A DNA stretch of 64,000 nt from Takakia lepidozioides (taxonomy: Eukaryota; Plantae; Bryophyta): the NCBI GenBank assembly GCA_030704615.1, contig CM060733.1, forward strand, positions 27,962,001 to 28,026,000. The letters run 5' to 3'. A model generated the notes under the pieces. That model worked only from the letters and a program-made list of their open reading frames with translations. It made no database searches and was not told the origin of the DNA. Position 1 is the first letter of the stretch. Every line of letters begins with the position of its first letter. Positions 1 to 13,348 of the stretch are shown one piece after another. The position numbers and the translations under genes were made by a program.

Positions 1-108
1 ATGGTCTAGTCTCACCAGAAAGCAACAGTGGTTTGAGCCAGGAAAGATCACCATGCTTCAGGGTCTCCATCTTTGCTGTCGTTGAAGCTTGAAGGAATCC
101 AGTAGGGG

Positions 109-1418
109 CTAGGTGTACCAGTATAGAGAAATGAATGCATAGAACACAACATGGTAGAATACAACCATGCATAAGAGAATAACCACGTCTTTCCACTTTC
201 CAGGATGCTCCAATTTGTACATTGCGCCTCGAAGTTGGAGACAATTGTCAAGATCCATTAAGCCCCTGAATTCGGTCTCAAACATGCCCTGTCAAATCCA
301 AAATGGCATCCATGTGGATAGTGAAAACTTTGTGGGTTTCTCTGTGCAACAAGGGTATGCTTGAAATTCAGTTATTTCTATTCTCACACCTCTTTTCCTC
401 TTTTTTCCCAAACCAAACTGGGGATGGAGTCAATGAACATACTCCTAATTACAAAAAGCATTGCATGCTGAAGGATGAAACACAACCCAGACCACCAGAA
501 TAGAGCTAAGCCCTTCATAATATATCTAGAAAAGCAGAGCATAAGATGGGGCTGATAGTTACCCGAATAGAATATGTGTGGAAGGAGATGTATGACACTG
601 GATATGTCCAAATAAGCCTTGGAATGTCGTGAGCAAGTCAGAACTAGCCCCCAACTAGCAGAAATATGCTCTGCAATGTCCATTTAGAAATTGTGTTGGT
701 ATTGTAAAGGGTATGCCAAAACTTGAAGACTACCGCACACAGATTTACATATTTATCTGTGGTGAGCTTTTTGTTCAGATCATGTTCATAGCACAAAATG
801 ATCTGCCAAAATTTTTATTCAATGCTTGTTCTATGGCGAAGACACTGGCAGGATGCATACCTGAGATCCAGTTCCGACAACCATGGCCACAAAATAGTTT
901 GGAACTATAGCTGCATCGCCATCATTAAGCTCTCAACTACCAGCAGACTGAAGAAGAGAACACCAACGAAATACATGAAGTGCCCAAATCCTGCATGCAG
1001 ACGCACAAAAACCTGCACATGGATAAAGATTTTGATTATTGTTTCCAGAATTATAGGCTTGAAGACGTTCAAGTTTCCAGAGGTTCACGTTGATTTCTAA
1101 AGCGAGAGTGAGCTTGGAAAATGCCTTGCTAGGTTCCATGCTTGAGGGTCTACAACAATGTTTGAGCACAAAAATGACACACATTCTCTTTGGATCTTAT
1201 GGAATTCAAGATTGCTTATTGAAATTTGTCAGTTAAAAAAAGTACTGTGAAGATGGTGGCTAAACAGTATGTAAGATCTATCGTTGTTGCTGAGATAGGT
1301 GGGTGAAGTCATATGGTTGAGAGAATGAACCTGCGTTTCCTGACAGTACAACGGGGAAGAAGCTTTGGCCAAAAACATCAAGTCCTCTAGTACAAAAAAA
1401 TAGACAAGAGGACCTAGC
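109..1418 (-). pseudogene. ABCG: ABCG (WBC, ABCG11/ABCG3-like) half-transporter pseudogene, C-terminal TM-domain exons only (1331-1418, 861-1012, 563-670, 109-288)
   Basis: GT-AG bounded exons translate to ARSSCLFF(fs)VLEDLMFLAKASSPLYCQETQ / VFVRLHAGFGHFMYFVGVLFFSLLVVESLMMA(fs)AAIVPNYFVAMVVGTGSQ / SIFLLVGG*F*LAHDIPRLIWTYPVSYISFHTYSIR / GMFETEFRGL...KWKDVVILLCMVVFY. These match the ABC2 membrane domain. Two frameshifts and two in-frame stops; no NBD exons seen upstream. Confidence 0.88.
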
Positions 1419-1669
1419 CTGCAGCATGCACCAAATGAGAATCAATTTCAGGAAACTTCCAAAACCCCCCTCATCCCCCTCGTCCCTTGTCCATAAAATA
1501 ATACTAGATTTCAAATTTCAAATTTCAAATTTGAACATGTGTAGCCATGTGTAACTATGCATATGATGGCTTCACTCCCACTATGGTCATCATGTTAGGA
1601 TCATGACCACATGTGACATCTGCAATGTATGGGTGTATGTTTGACATGATTCATGTGTTGTGATGACGG

Positions 1670-1820
1670 CTGGCAGGCGGGGAAGGCGGGGGCGGGGGGT
1701 GGAGGGGGCGGGACGGGGTGGCGCGGGGCGGGGGGTGATGGGGGAGGGGGTCCCGGGCCGTCGAACCGCGAGCTGCACAGGAGCTGCGAAGTGGTGCGTC
1801 TGGGGGCGTGGGGGGTGCAT
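1670..1820 (+). repeat. G-rich low-complexity tract with G-quadruplex potential
   Basis: Many runs of 3-5 G (gggggcgggggtggagggggcggg...). Confidence 0.6.
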
Positions 1821-3461
1821 GACCCTTGAGCTCGCATTAAACTCCCGGGCCTTTTCTAATGTGCGCCCTAAGGGATTAGTTCATTCGATCAACGCAATAG
1901 AGTAGTGTCGGACAAGTTATGTCACTAGTTTAGGAATTTCATGGATGGAGCACATGACGCAACTGGGCAGATTACAAGGGTATTTGATTTTGACTTTGAC
2001 CTGTAGTATTATTGACTTCTGACTACAAAGACCGACTTTATTAACACATAAATGTTGTTGTCGCACACGGCTGGGAGCCGTGGAACCGCACGTGACATCC
2101 ATCCATGGCGTTTTGAACAGCCACGGGCCACTTCGACACACGATCGCCACACAACAATTGAATTGTTTTATACGACTTCTATTAGTTGTTTTCACCACTC
2201 ACTAGTGATGGAAGGGGAATAGAGCCCCGGAATTGCATTGCAGGAGGTGGAGGAATACCAGGAGGTGGAGAAATACCACCAAGGGGCCGTGAAGGCGGGA
2301 AACTACTTCATCACCTAGCAACCAGCAGAAAGAAAAAGTGCAAGTGAAGAAAACTGGAACCAAAGAAGGAGCCAACATGACATAGGAACCAAAAGGGTCA
2401 AACCAAAAGATCAGCTATTAGACTAAATCAACAAGATTTAGAACTTAAGCTCCCATGCACATCAATATCGCCAGTTGGAGTCACCTTAACAAACAGACTT
2501 CCCATTGTGTGTGGGACGATGTCTTTCTAGTGAAAACATTTGTTGGAAAGGCAAGTGCTAAGAATGCAAGTGATAAGTTATGTATGAGGGCATAATATAA
2601 TATGAAGATATATATGTCATACTATAATAAATAGTACATATATTTTAGTATTTTAGTATTTTAATTTTAATGATTTTTATTTTTTGCTTTTAAAAATAGA
2701 GACCACTGTTGTATTGGTATGTAGGTGAAAGGCTGATATGTGCAGGGTATATGCACTGCTATTAAATACCAAATTAGTGTCACGCCTTGTTAGCTCAAGT
2801 GTATGTCACACCTTTTTATCATTCCATAAAACTTCATATCAGTAAAACAAAGGCAGGGCCTCTGTGTATCTCAGGCCTTGTTAACAGACACTATGGGATC
2901 TTCCAGATTTTTACTACCTATTCATAATTAGTATACGGCAGGGCTTGCATGAATTCCATGCATTTGTTAAAACCAGTGAGAGCACAAGTAAGACATTGGT
3001 GCATTCATGGCCCGGCCAGTAAGGGGGTTTATTGCAGGAAGGTAGACAATGCAAAGGGTTTTGATTCTTACCACCAATATCCTATTTTCGTTGCAGTTTC
3101 GAATTAGTTCAAGACAGGTGTAGCTGGAAAATATGTAGACATGACGTAGTTCGTGGGGGTTAGTCACTAGTCACTACACTAAGGAAAGGCTTTAAGTAGG
3201 GTTGCAGAAAACTGGCAGATCCAGGTCATGCAGTGATCAGGGAAACCTTCCATTGGCCATCTTGTAGCTTATCCTTACAACCTGATCAGAATTAGGGCTT
3301 GCATGTATTCCATGCATTTTGTTTTATCCCTCTGGTGTGACTCGCTGGGGCTGACGTTTTTTGTTTGTCTTGGGAAAGGTGATACCGTGAAATATCCCAA
3401 GGGCTACCTCCCCTTTCTGAAAAAAATAAAAAATAAAATGATTGGGCTCTGACATTATTAT

Positions 3462-3703
3462 TGTGTTTTTATTTCTGGCGAAATTTAGCAATTTTTCGAC
3501 CTGAAAAAATAGAATAGAATACTCTCTCGTAAGAAAATATAAATTCTGGATGAATTAGGCAAATATGGATGATATCAATGGATGAAAGTACATCAAGGGA
3601 TGCTTCTATCCAAATTCCAGTGGACGAACAGAAAATATGGCTATTTCCTGCAAAACTCAGACGCCACTTGTGCTATTTTCCAAATTTGGAAAAAAAAACA
3701 CTG
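3462..3703 (-). mobile_element. hAT-type MITE copy (same family as 31761-32034), with rearranged right flank
   Basis: 3619-3703 is the reverse complement of the start of the 31761 MITE and ends in ...aaaacactg. Small duplications (cactgtcccttagaaac) follow; no clean TSD. Confidence 0.65.
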
Positions 3704-4995
3704 TCCCTTAGAAACATTGTCCCTCTGTCCCTTAAAAAAACACTGTCCCTTAGAAACCTTAGAAATTAAAAAAAAGAAAACCCAAGAGGGCCATGAGGGA
3801 CGAACCCAGACACGCATAACTATTTTGTTTTGAAGAAGAAAAAGATTAAAAAAATAAGGAAAAAAGATAAAAGAAACAAAAATATTTTACCTCTTTATTT
3901 ATTCCACGCACCTCGTTTGGCAGGAAGCCCGAGAGGAGGGCACGTGGACCAGGGGCCTTTAATGACTCCCTCGCATGTTGGCACTTGAGACTCTGGTCGG
4001 AGTCCTTCTCGCTTCCACACAACGGATCTCCTTCTCGGGGTCTAGGAGTTTCCTGCTTTTCTTCTAAATGCCTGTCCTGTTCAAGCTCGTGCTCCCGCTT
4101 CCGCTTATCTACCATCATTGTTGTCGCTGCCAACTTTTCAGAAATGCTCGCTTCCAGATACCGTTCAGAAGCTGCGTAAAATAACTTGTCTTTTTCAAGC
4201 TCCTCCTACTTCTCTTTCATGTCGCTGGCTTTTCTCCCCCTCACTGTTTGTTCGGATGTTCCGTGCATTCTCTCCACTTCCAGCCTCTCATCCGGATACG
4301 TTCAAAAGTCGCAAGCTGCGTGGAAGTGACATTGTTGCTCGTCTTGCTGGTGACTTGGACGTCATTCAAGTTTTCTTTCTTTCTCTCCAACTATTCATGT
4401 ATTAGACTACTCTCAATCATCACTGGCTTTTCCGCTCTACTTTTCTTATGTGGTGCATTCTGACATGAGCTGGGGAAACCGAGGGTTTCTTGGAGGTAAT
4501 TTGCGTCTCCTCGTCTTTGAACTGTAAGGATAGTGAACTACTAGATTGGTGCACTGGTGCGGTGAGGACGTGTGTTGGTACTGTTCTGGACTTCCAACCT
4601 ATCAGGTTTTCTTCTCGAACTTCTACTCGATATCGGATTAAGAAAGGAAATTTAGCAACGCACTTTCATCGAGCAGCTTAACTCCGTGTTTAGTTGGACA
4701 GCTTTCAGCCACTACAATAGTCGTCAAGGAGATTACCACAGTGAGTTGAACTTCGTGTAGGAGAATTTCCTATATCTTCAGAATCTGTGTTGGATCCGAG
4801 CTCCCTTTGCAGTGGTTGTCCTTTACTTCCAAAATTTGTGCATCTGACATCTCTTGTTTTCCATTCTGCTGCCATGTCTTGCCTTCATTACTCCTCTTTC
4901 TTTAGGGTCTTCTCCTGCTTGCCCGGGCGTTATTTCCCTTTGGGATAACACCATTTGCAGCAAAATATGATTGTACGGAAGTCGAACACAGAAGG

Positions 4996-7900
4996 ATGAC
5001 AGACAGCAGTTGCTGCCGATTCAGTCGCATTCTACCCCACTGTGGCTCATTCCATAAGAGAATCACTTGGCCTTCGAGCTGGTGTACCGACAGGCGTCAC
5101 AGGGAACTGGAGGGTGTTAGGAAAGCTCGCTGGAAGCATGTTTCGCGGCAGGAGAAGGTGAGACACATCACCAGATATCCAAACGCCGTAAGCTTTCTGA
5201 ACGATGCGATAAAACTTTCCAATGCAGCCTTCACAGGAAGCGTTATTTGTGCATATGGAAGGGGCTTTACATACAGAAAACGACAGTCATGTTGGTCCTT
5301 GGAGACACAGCTTGTGGTGGTCAAGCTGCAAAGAAAAGCAGAACAGAGGGGCGAAGGACTATCTGAGAGGGGAAAGGAGAGGCTCCAAACACGTGTCTTT
5401 GGAAAAGACAAAAGAGGGGAAACCCATTCTCTTAGGGAAGACCAGAACTTTGTGAGACCTTTCACTGCATCTCCTGCAGAGAGGCAGTTCGGACAGGAGG
5501 AGGGTTGTGGTATGGAATGGACAAGGCCTTTGAAATCAAAAATTCCCTCAGCAAGGTATGAGAGTGGGGGAGATCTGCCCAGTACAGAAGGTGACAAGCG
5601 AAGATGGTCTCAGAGGCATCAAGTTTATAAGGATGACAGGATGCAACAGAGAGAAGACATGGGGGAACTTGGAGGAAACACAGATAGATTGTCTAAGCCA
5701 GCTGTGGGGCAGTCTGTTCATGAAATACCACCATCTGACATGATGAAGATTCAAGAACTGAGGTTTTCTGGAGATTTGTGGGAGGGCGACTCTGGACCCC
5801 AAGTCTTGAATCTGCAGGCAAGTCTCCTCGGTAGCCTCACACAATTATTCATATAGTGTTTTGGGGAGTTTTGTAAGCTGGTCCTCTTTAAGCTGGCAGA
5901 CATCATGGTAAGCGGTATTGGGAGCAAGCCCAAGCTGAGTGCCGCAAATCAGTACTACAAATCAGGCTCCATGGCTGTATTCAGTGAAGGTTGGAGCCAA
6001 CCTACTAAAGTATGGGAAATTTTTGTGGTAGTCCCCTGATTGGCATCAGTTGTAGCAGTGACCTAGCACCAAATTGTCCATTCTCCTTTGCAAGTGATTG
6101 ACAAGGACTTCTTCAGGAACTTTCCAATACTGGTTGGAATCGAGACCCTTCAGTTCTCAAGAGTATTGTGGTTTGTTTTATTTGTGACCTGCTTTGACCT
6201 TCGTATTGGCTTTTCTGTGAACAGAGAGCTTTGTATTGGTTCGGTCATCTTCCTGACCGAAGTTACTTGACAGCGTAAGCCACCTGGACTCACTGTCTTG
6301 TGCATTTAGTCTCACTAATGCATTTATACTAGTGTGTTCTCCATCGTTTGACCTATCCTGTAGTAATTAACAAGGCAACATTTTGACGGGCTTTCTTGGT
6401 GTCCTTGCTTGCAGATATTTCGGACCAGAGACAAAGAAGGCATTGCAGCATTTTCAGACGGGGCATGGAGTGCCTGTCACTGGTATCTGGGGCTCCCACT
6501 CCCGCCAAGCTCTATGGAAGCATCTTTGTGCGGGGACCCGTAATCTTCCAGTGAGTAAAGTGATTTCAAACGTGGAGATCGCTTAAAGGTGGAAGGTGGG
6601 AGAGGGAGAGTGAAGAAGGAAGGCGGAGACAGGCTTGTGAGGAAAGGAGAGACGGTGGATAGGGGTGGGGCTGCGTTTACATCCTCTAGGCCATAATGTC
6701 AACAGTATCTAATCAAGGTTAGAATGTGTTAGTGGGAGACTCAGTAGACTGTTCAAACCAGATCTCCTCAGTATAGTTGAATTTCACTGCACTTAATGTA
6801 CCCCACTTGTATGCCTTGACTTAATGTCTTGAGTGGCCTTCCTACTTGGTGGGCAATGTTTTGACAAATGTTGAGACATCGAAGCTAGGTAGGCACTGAC
6901 TTCTGCCTTTGTGCAGGAAGGTGGATTAAAAGTGCAAAGCAATCCACAACCTGTACCCTCTTTACTTAACAGGTTTCCATTCGCAAAAAATATAGCTGCA
7001 AGAGGGATAAATGATGCAGTACATGGATTAGACTCTGGTTGTGCCAGGCATTTCCAAGGTAACCATCCCCTCTATTCTTCTCAAATGTAGATAGGGGAAG
7101 ATAAACTTGCTGCTGCTGTAGGTATTTGGCATTGGAATCCTATGTTTCTTAGCAATGCACAAAATGTTTGCGCTTCGATGGCTTTTGCAAAGCTCTCTGT
7201 CACTTTGTTGCTGCCCATGGACTTCTCTACTCATGGGACCTTCATTATAGTAAGGACTCTCACTTGATGAAAACATAATTGGCATCTGTAGTAGTCTCTA
7301 GCTAGACAGTTTATGGCCCTCAAAAAAAATTGAGTATCAATCATAGGATATGGGTACTTGTGTGGCAAGTTGAAATGTTCGTGCATCACCAGTCCTCTGC
7401 CGTCAGAGCGGAAGAGCTGTCCGGCCATTTATGATTGCGCAGTTAGGAGCTCAAACAGTGTGTAGCCTGTGGGAAAAACAGCACAGCTTCCTTGTTCGCC
7501 ACCCCTGAGCTCAAACAGTCTTGTGCCTGCTCGTTTATGCCATCCACTTTGAGCTGTATATCTGGTTCTCTTTCTTCAGTACCTCTACATTTTCTCCTAA
7601 AGGTGGTTTGCTCAGCAGTTGGATTCATCAATTTGATAGTGGCAAATTCTGCCCTTCGGTTTGGTAATTGCAGAATTTATCTCTGCACCCTGTTGGAAGC
7701 ATGTCCCGACAACTGCTAGCATGGTCGGGTTATCTTTCGTGATGGCGATAGGCCTGTTACATCTCAGTTATCTTGTCGTAGGGAGGGCCCCGGGACAACA
7801 TGGACAACCTGTAAGACGGAGAATACTGAAAGCACATTGGCGCGATGATGATGTAAGAGGAGGGCCACATACAAGGGCAAAAAAGCACCTGGACTTTATT

Positions 7901-9542
7901 CCAAGGGTAGATCGACCACTCGACAAAGACGGGGATCCCAAGTTCCCCAATTATCAGCTCCGTGTGAAATCAAAGCCTAGTCCAAGGGATGCTGGTGCTC
8001 GGACAGATCGCCTTATCATTTATGAAGGCCAGGTGATCCTGGGAGACCATCAGCCTAAAACATCCCTCTTGAGGAATGTTACGTCAGGTCTTCATGGTGC
8101 AACTGACAATGCTCCTGATTCTCCTCCCAAAGCAAGAGTGCCATCTTACCCTGTGCTAGCTTCGGCAGAGCAGGTCCCTGACACAAAGAAGGTGAAGGTT
8201 CCTAACAATGAGAGTCAGCAGGAGGAGCCAAATGCCCCTGAAGTTGGAAGGGAAAGCAGTCTAGGTGCGTCTCAGGTGGCAGGCGAGGATCCTGTACCTC
8301 CAGCTGCTCATGATAATTCTTACCGAAATGGACTCCCATCGTGGATTGGTAATCTTCTTTTGGCTTTATTTACTCCCAGGGGTCTCAGACAACCTCTACC
8401 ACCTGACATGCCTGTAAGCCGAAAGGCCATTATGGGGAATACAGTACCTGTAGAGCCCAATACCACTGACAGAGGAGGTCTGACAGATGCAAGATCAGAG
8501 TCAAAAGCTCCTAGCATACAGAGGAGGTCTCGGGTTGCTGGAGCCGAGTGGCAGCATACAGATGAGGTGAGTAAAGATTGTAGGTCTGTTTCCTGGAAAT
8601 GCAGAAATTAATTGTTCATTACCCGTTTGTCACCCCCAAAGCAATGCTTGCTGCACGTTGGGACCGTCTACTGTTGAGTGCAAGTTACTTGCTTATATGC
8701 ATGCCCTTCCGAGTCATCTGGAACACTAATGCAAAGGTGAGTGAGGTGGGATAGGTGGATTTGAGGGAGCGGGTAGAGGAATTACGGAAGACAGTGCAGT
8801 CTGCAGAACAGAATCGACAGGCGGCTATGCGTGCTCTTGCTGAAGAACGGCAGCGGAGCCTTGAGTTACAAGTCAAAATAAGTCGCCAGGTATAGTGCTT
8901 CCCTTTGCCACTGTCTGCAGGTGTGATAGTGCTCTGTTTGGGATATTGTAGGTTTTTGATGTGCAACTGCAAAGTTGGTGGATGGGGGGGATTCTATGGT
9001 GACATGGAAACCCTAACTATGTTAATTGACTCTCAGAAAGAAGCAGCAGTAGCTCTGGAGGAGGAGGTTCGCGTGTTAAAGGTGGTGATCATCCTTGCTC
9101 GGTAGCTACCATTTTAATGTGGGGAGGTAGGGCTTGTGATAGGGGTTTGTGGCACTTATGTGCAATCACAAGTAGGGGTTCCTTTGAAATGTAACCGCTT
9201 GCCCCAAGGCCCCCGTCATGTGTTCTTTCGGTACCAGACTGCTCTTGGACGCTTACATGTGAAGGTGGCTGTCAGTTGCAAAGTCTAGTGGCTTCTCAGT
9301 GTTTGTTGCCTAGGTTTCAAGTCGTTTGAGTCCACCAACATATGGTCTTTCTCATGTAGCAGATTGATGTACCCTACCTAACACTGTGCGTGGTGCAGGA
9401 ATCCCATGATGCGCTGCTAGCCTCACTGCGAAAGAAGTACAGCTCATCTGTCGCAGCTCGTGCTGCAGCTGCGTTGTTGTACCAAAATTGGGATACTAAC
9501 CATGGAGAGAGCAGGGCCGAGGACATTGCGTCGTCCTTCTGA
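4996..9542 (+). CDS. Peptidoglycan-binding-domain (PG_binding_1-like) membrane protein with C-terminal coiled coil, ~781 aa. Exons 4996-5817, 6225-6274, 6415-6550, 6917-6972, 7393-7457 (tentative), 7674-8566, 8755-8889, 9037-9081, 9399-9542.
   Basis: Spliced PGBD: DLWEGDSGPQVLNLQ/RALYWFGHLPDRSYLTA/YFGPETKKALQHFQTGHGVPVTGIWGSHSRQALWKHL. Hydrophobic segment SMVGLSFVMAIGLLHLSYLVV. Coiled-coil exons VDLRERVEELRK...KEAAVALEEEVRVLK/ESHDALLASLRKKY. Exon phases are consistent and intron 1 has a GC donor. The basic Ser/Cys-rich N-terminus resembles a transit peptide. Confidence 0.8.
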
Positions 9543-10147
9543 ATGTCTCTCCGTAGGTTCTTTCAAGGAATGTCTCTCTATCTGTCTGAACAGGAGAGAG
9601 GGACTCCACCAACTTTTCATGGTTTTGTGGCCATAGACTGAGGCACAGAGAGTGAGAAGAATGTACTCATGCGGCTTGCCATAGCCTTACAGCCATTGAC
9701 CCTGCGGGAAACTAACCCTCCCAAGCTTTTTGTGGGGTTCGCACCCACCGGGGTTACAAAGAGTGAGAAGAGAGAGAGAGAGATGGTTTAAAACATTTCT
9801 TTGTCATGTAACAGCTTAGACAGTCATTTGAGAGAGGGAAAACAATTGCAGGTCATTTCATGGGGAATCGTCATCCCTGTGTGCATGTACCATATTTACT
9901 GATGGTGATTTTCTTCACCTTCATTCTTCTTCTCAATAAACCAGCTACGTGTTCTCCCAACTCAATAGTAGGAAGCTTTATTTACTAGCTTTAGTTCCAG
10001 TTACTTGTGTGTTTGGGATATTTAACCACTTGGTTGTCAGTTTCAGAGTGTTGGGTTCCATTATTACAGTACACAACAGATTGAAAGTTGCATGTCAGTA
10101 GTGGTATCACCTCACAGACAACCGACACACATGCAGAAGACTAGAAC

Positions 10148-11533
10148 TCATGCTTTGACAAATTCCAAGATGGAGAGGTCACCCAAATGGATGACAATGC
10201 CCAGGCGGGAGAAGCCTGCTGCCATAGCCAGCTTCCAAAGCTCCTGCTCTGTGCGCTCCTTGGCACCCAGTGAGTTGTAGGCCAGCATGATGAGGTCAAT
10301 GCGGAAGATCACTCGAGCGCCTGCCCCATGATCAACATCCACAGGCACCACTGATTCAACTGCTATAACCTTTCCATTGGGTGGGAGTGCCTTGTAGCAG
10401 TTCTTCAACATCTTGATGCAATCGTCATCGCTCCAGTCATGCAATATCCACTGTTCCAATGACCCACTCTCCAGTGTCAAGGGCAAGGCAGAAAATATAA
10501 TTTGGCTAGCTCATTCTTGTGTAAAGACAGGGGGAAAGCAGATGGAATATTGGCAGAGGGTCAGCAGCTGACCTTCATGAAGATAGCATCACCCGATGGT
10601 ACACTCTCAAACATGTTGCCACCTTTATACTCCACACCTGCCATCATGCCCCTCGCCTGTTCAAGATGGTACTGAGCTACTACAGTTTTTCTCAGCATTG
10701 TACACGAGATGGCTACAACGATTCTGATTGTTACAGCACAAACCAAGGACTTGCAACAAAAGCTGGAGAAAGTGTTCAGACAGACCAGGATAAGAAGGGG
10801 CAGCTGCAACAACATGGGGCTGGTCGAAGTTGACACCCTGAATGTGGGGGTACTTTTCAATGATGAGGCTGAGGGAGGTGCCCAAGCCTCCCCCTACGTC
10901 TACCAAGCGCTTCACATCACTGAAGCCTTGGTAAGCACCCAGGACAAGCTGCATGTAGATGTGCGAATGGTTGGACATCCCTGCGTTGAACACTGCGTCA
11001 AAACGCGGATCTTCAGTGCCATACTCAAATGCACTCTTCCCATATACTTTCTTGAAAGGCTCACTGCTGTCGTCCAAAACTGTGGCATGGAGTTGCTGCC
11101 ACGACTCCATGAGAATCTGGTCCTGGTTCATCAAAAGGATCGGTCCCAGCGAGACCCCCTCCTTATTCTTGACAAAATAGTTGCTCACCGGCAGTAACCC
11201 ATAACGACGATCCGTCTTGGAACCGTCAGACTGTTTTACCATAGTTTCACTGAAGAAATCCTGGCTCGCTAGCACACGGAGAATTCGATCCAAGTAGACA
11301 GAATTGAGACGTGTTCCCGGCATGACTTGCAGGGCGAGCTCTTCAGCTGTCAGACTGGCACCGGGTCCAGCTTTGGCTATGGTTTCGGGAACATTCAGTA
11401 TAATGGCGGCTTTCAAAGCTGCAGGTACTGAGCTCATGGTGATGAAGTCCATTGCATGTAACCTTGCTTTGTCATCTTCTGGATACCGCTGAGCCTGCTG
11501 GTATGTGCCAGACTGAACACCGCCCTCTGGCAT
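10148..11533 (-). CDS. COMT: Caffeic acid O-methyltransferase-like SAM-dependent OMT, copy 1, 371 aa. Exons 10786-11533, 10573-10637, 10148-10450.
   Basis: Dimerisation N-terminus, [55 protein letters not shown]. Exon lengths 748+65+303 stay in frame; GT-AG introns. Confidence 0.93.
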
Positions 11534-12994
11534 GGTTGCTAATCTTCACGACAAATCTAGCTTCGACGTCAATCACAGACTTTTATTAACACTTGAATTA
11601 CACAGGTCCACGCAGAGATTATCTTTTCTCCAAGATACAAACGCTCCTTGAGTACTTCTGCCTCAGAAAAGCTTGAAAGAAGATCTCATTCAGAGACGCG
11701 TATGGCTGCTCAAGACACAACCTTTTTTCGTCCGCAGGAGGCCAAGAGTCCTCCAAGAGTCCAAGGGACACAGATATAGAATAAAATACTATCGCATGTT
11801 GCAGGGACGAAGGAAACGGGAGAGAGCACCTACCAGTGTATTGATAGACGTCTAGGTTGATGAGAGCACAATCAAGAAGATCTGCATATGGGTCCTTACG
11901 TATGGCCAAGCATTAGATGGAGGCGGGGGTGGGCGTGGGGTGGCGGGGGATCCACGCTGGCCGAACCGGCTCCCTCGTATTCAACTCCAGGGCCCTGCTC
12001 GCCGTATGGAAGTGAGTGTAGTCGGCATTTCGAAGACGACCTCAAATGTCAGCAGCCGTCCTTACCCTTGTCCTGGCCAGGTAACCTCTCCTTCCCGGAT
12101 CAAGCTACCCAATATTGGGTACCATCTACACAGTCCTGTTTGCATGCATAATTGGGTCGTTATCTATGGCTGACGAAACAGTCACAGGGGTCAACGCCAG
12201 GCCGGTACATGGGCGGGGTAGGGTACGCTAAAATTTTAATTATTTATTGGGTACTCATTAGATTTTTATTTTTATTTTTATTGTTTTTTAAAAAGGAAAC
12301 CTGGGAGCGACAGCCCACAATTCAGGCCCTGGCCCAGAGGAGGGGGAAAAATTAACCCCCTTTCATTTATGGGCCATGAGACCTACGTAGATTTTGAATT
12401 TGAACTTGATTTGCCGAATCGCTAGGTAAGTAAGTTAGTAGAATTTAAGCTAATTTTATTTATTTATTTATAAATGACAGGGGACCCGGGAGGCTCTCTC
12501 ACTAACTCATTTTTTAGAAACATCCAAAAATTCTAAAATTGCTGGCAGGTTTCTGGAATAGATATGAATTCTTTTGAACACAACCAAATTTTAATTTTGT
12601 GAGGAGAGCATGACTAGATTAGGAAGTGTTTTGACGTGTGAATGACCCACACTGCAGTAGCTTGCACCCAACCAACCTTCTAAGTGATGATGGTGCACAG
12701 TGCACCCTGTGTTTTTTGTTTGAGTTACACCGGACATATACTGTGACGGGGAGAAACCCATGTATCTCATCACATGATGTATCCCACTGTGCACTTGTTA
12801 CAAGTTAGCAGTGGTACTGTTAGTGCATGATGACATTCGGTGTTGTTGTGATTGTTGAGATTGGATTTTATGTCATGTGTACAACTTATCATGATATCAT
12901 GTTGACAGTGTGATGAACTTGCAATCCCAGATAAAGCTCAGGGCCTTAGTCCCTTTGAAGAAGAAGATTAACTTGTAGGCATCAGGTGAACAAT

Positions 12995-13170
12995 ATGCTT
13001 CTGAAGTTGGAAGGGAAAGCAGTTTGGTGGAGTTCGTCCGGCACTCTAATTGGGCTTTATTTATCTCCCAGGGGTCTCAACAGCATGTACCACCTGACAT
13101 GCCTGTAAATCAAAGGGCCAAATACGGGGAATCCAGTACATGTAGAGCAGGTCTGACAGATGAAATATAG
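12995..13170 (+). pseudogene. Degenerate duplicate of PGBD-gene exon 6 fragment
   Basis: ctgaagttggaagggaaagcagt, ctcccaggggtctca, ccacctgacatgcctgtaa and aggtctgacagatg all match 8238-8490. Confidence 0.85.
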
Positions 13171-13348
13171 TCACGACTCACATGCGAGTTTGTGGTCGTA
13201 AGGCCTAGCTACTTGTTCAATTTCAAACAGAGAATATCAATACGTTGTGCTCCATCATTACAAATATCCTTCAGATTGATAGTTCAAGGATCAGCCGTGG
13301 TATCACCACAGAGTGCCCAGCATATGCATGTGCAGAATTATCTGGAAC

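Noticed and set aside
1579-2208. Possible CACTA element (cacta/tagtg motifs, gccgtggaa)
   Set aside because: No TIR match beyond 5-6 bp and no TSD.
2200-2320. Pro-rich minus-strand exon (GISPPPGIPPPPAM)
   Set aside because: In-frame stops follow the putative acceptor, and no partner exons were found.
3950-4680. Charged minus-strand frame (…ERYLEASISEKLAATTMMVDKRKREHELEQ…)
   Set aside because: Interrupted by stops and a frameshift, with no recognisable motif; possibly a pseudogene but cannot be assigned.
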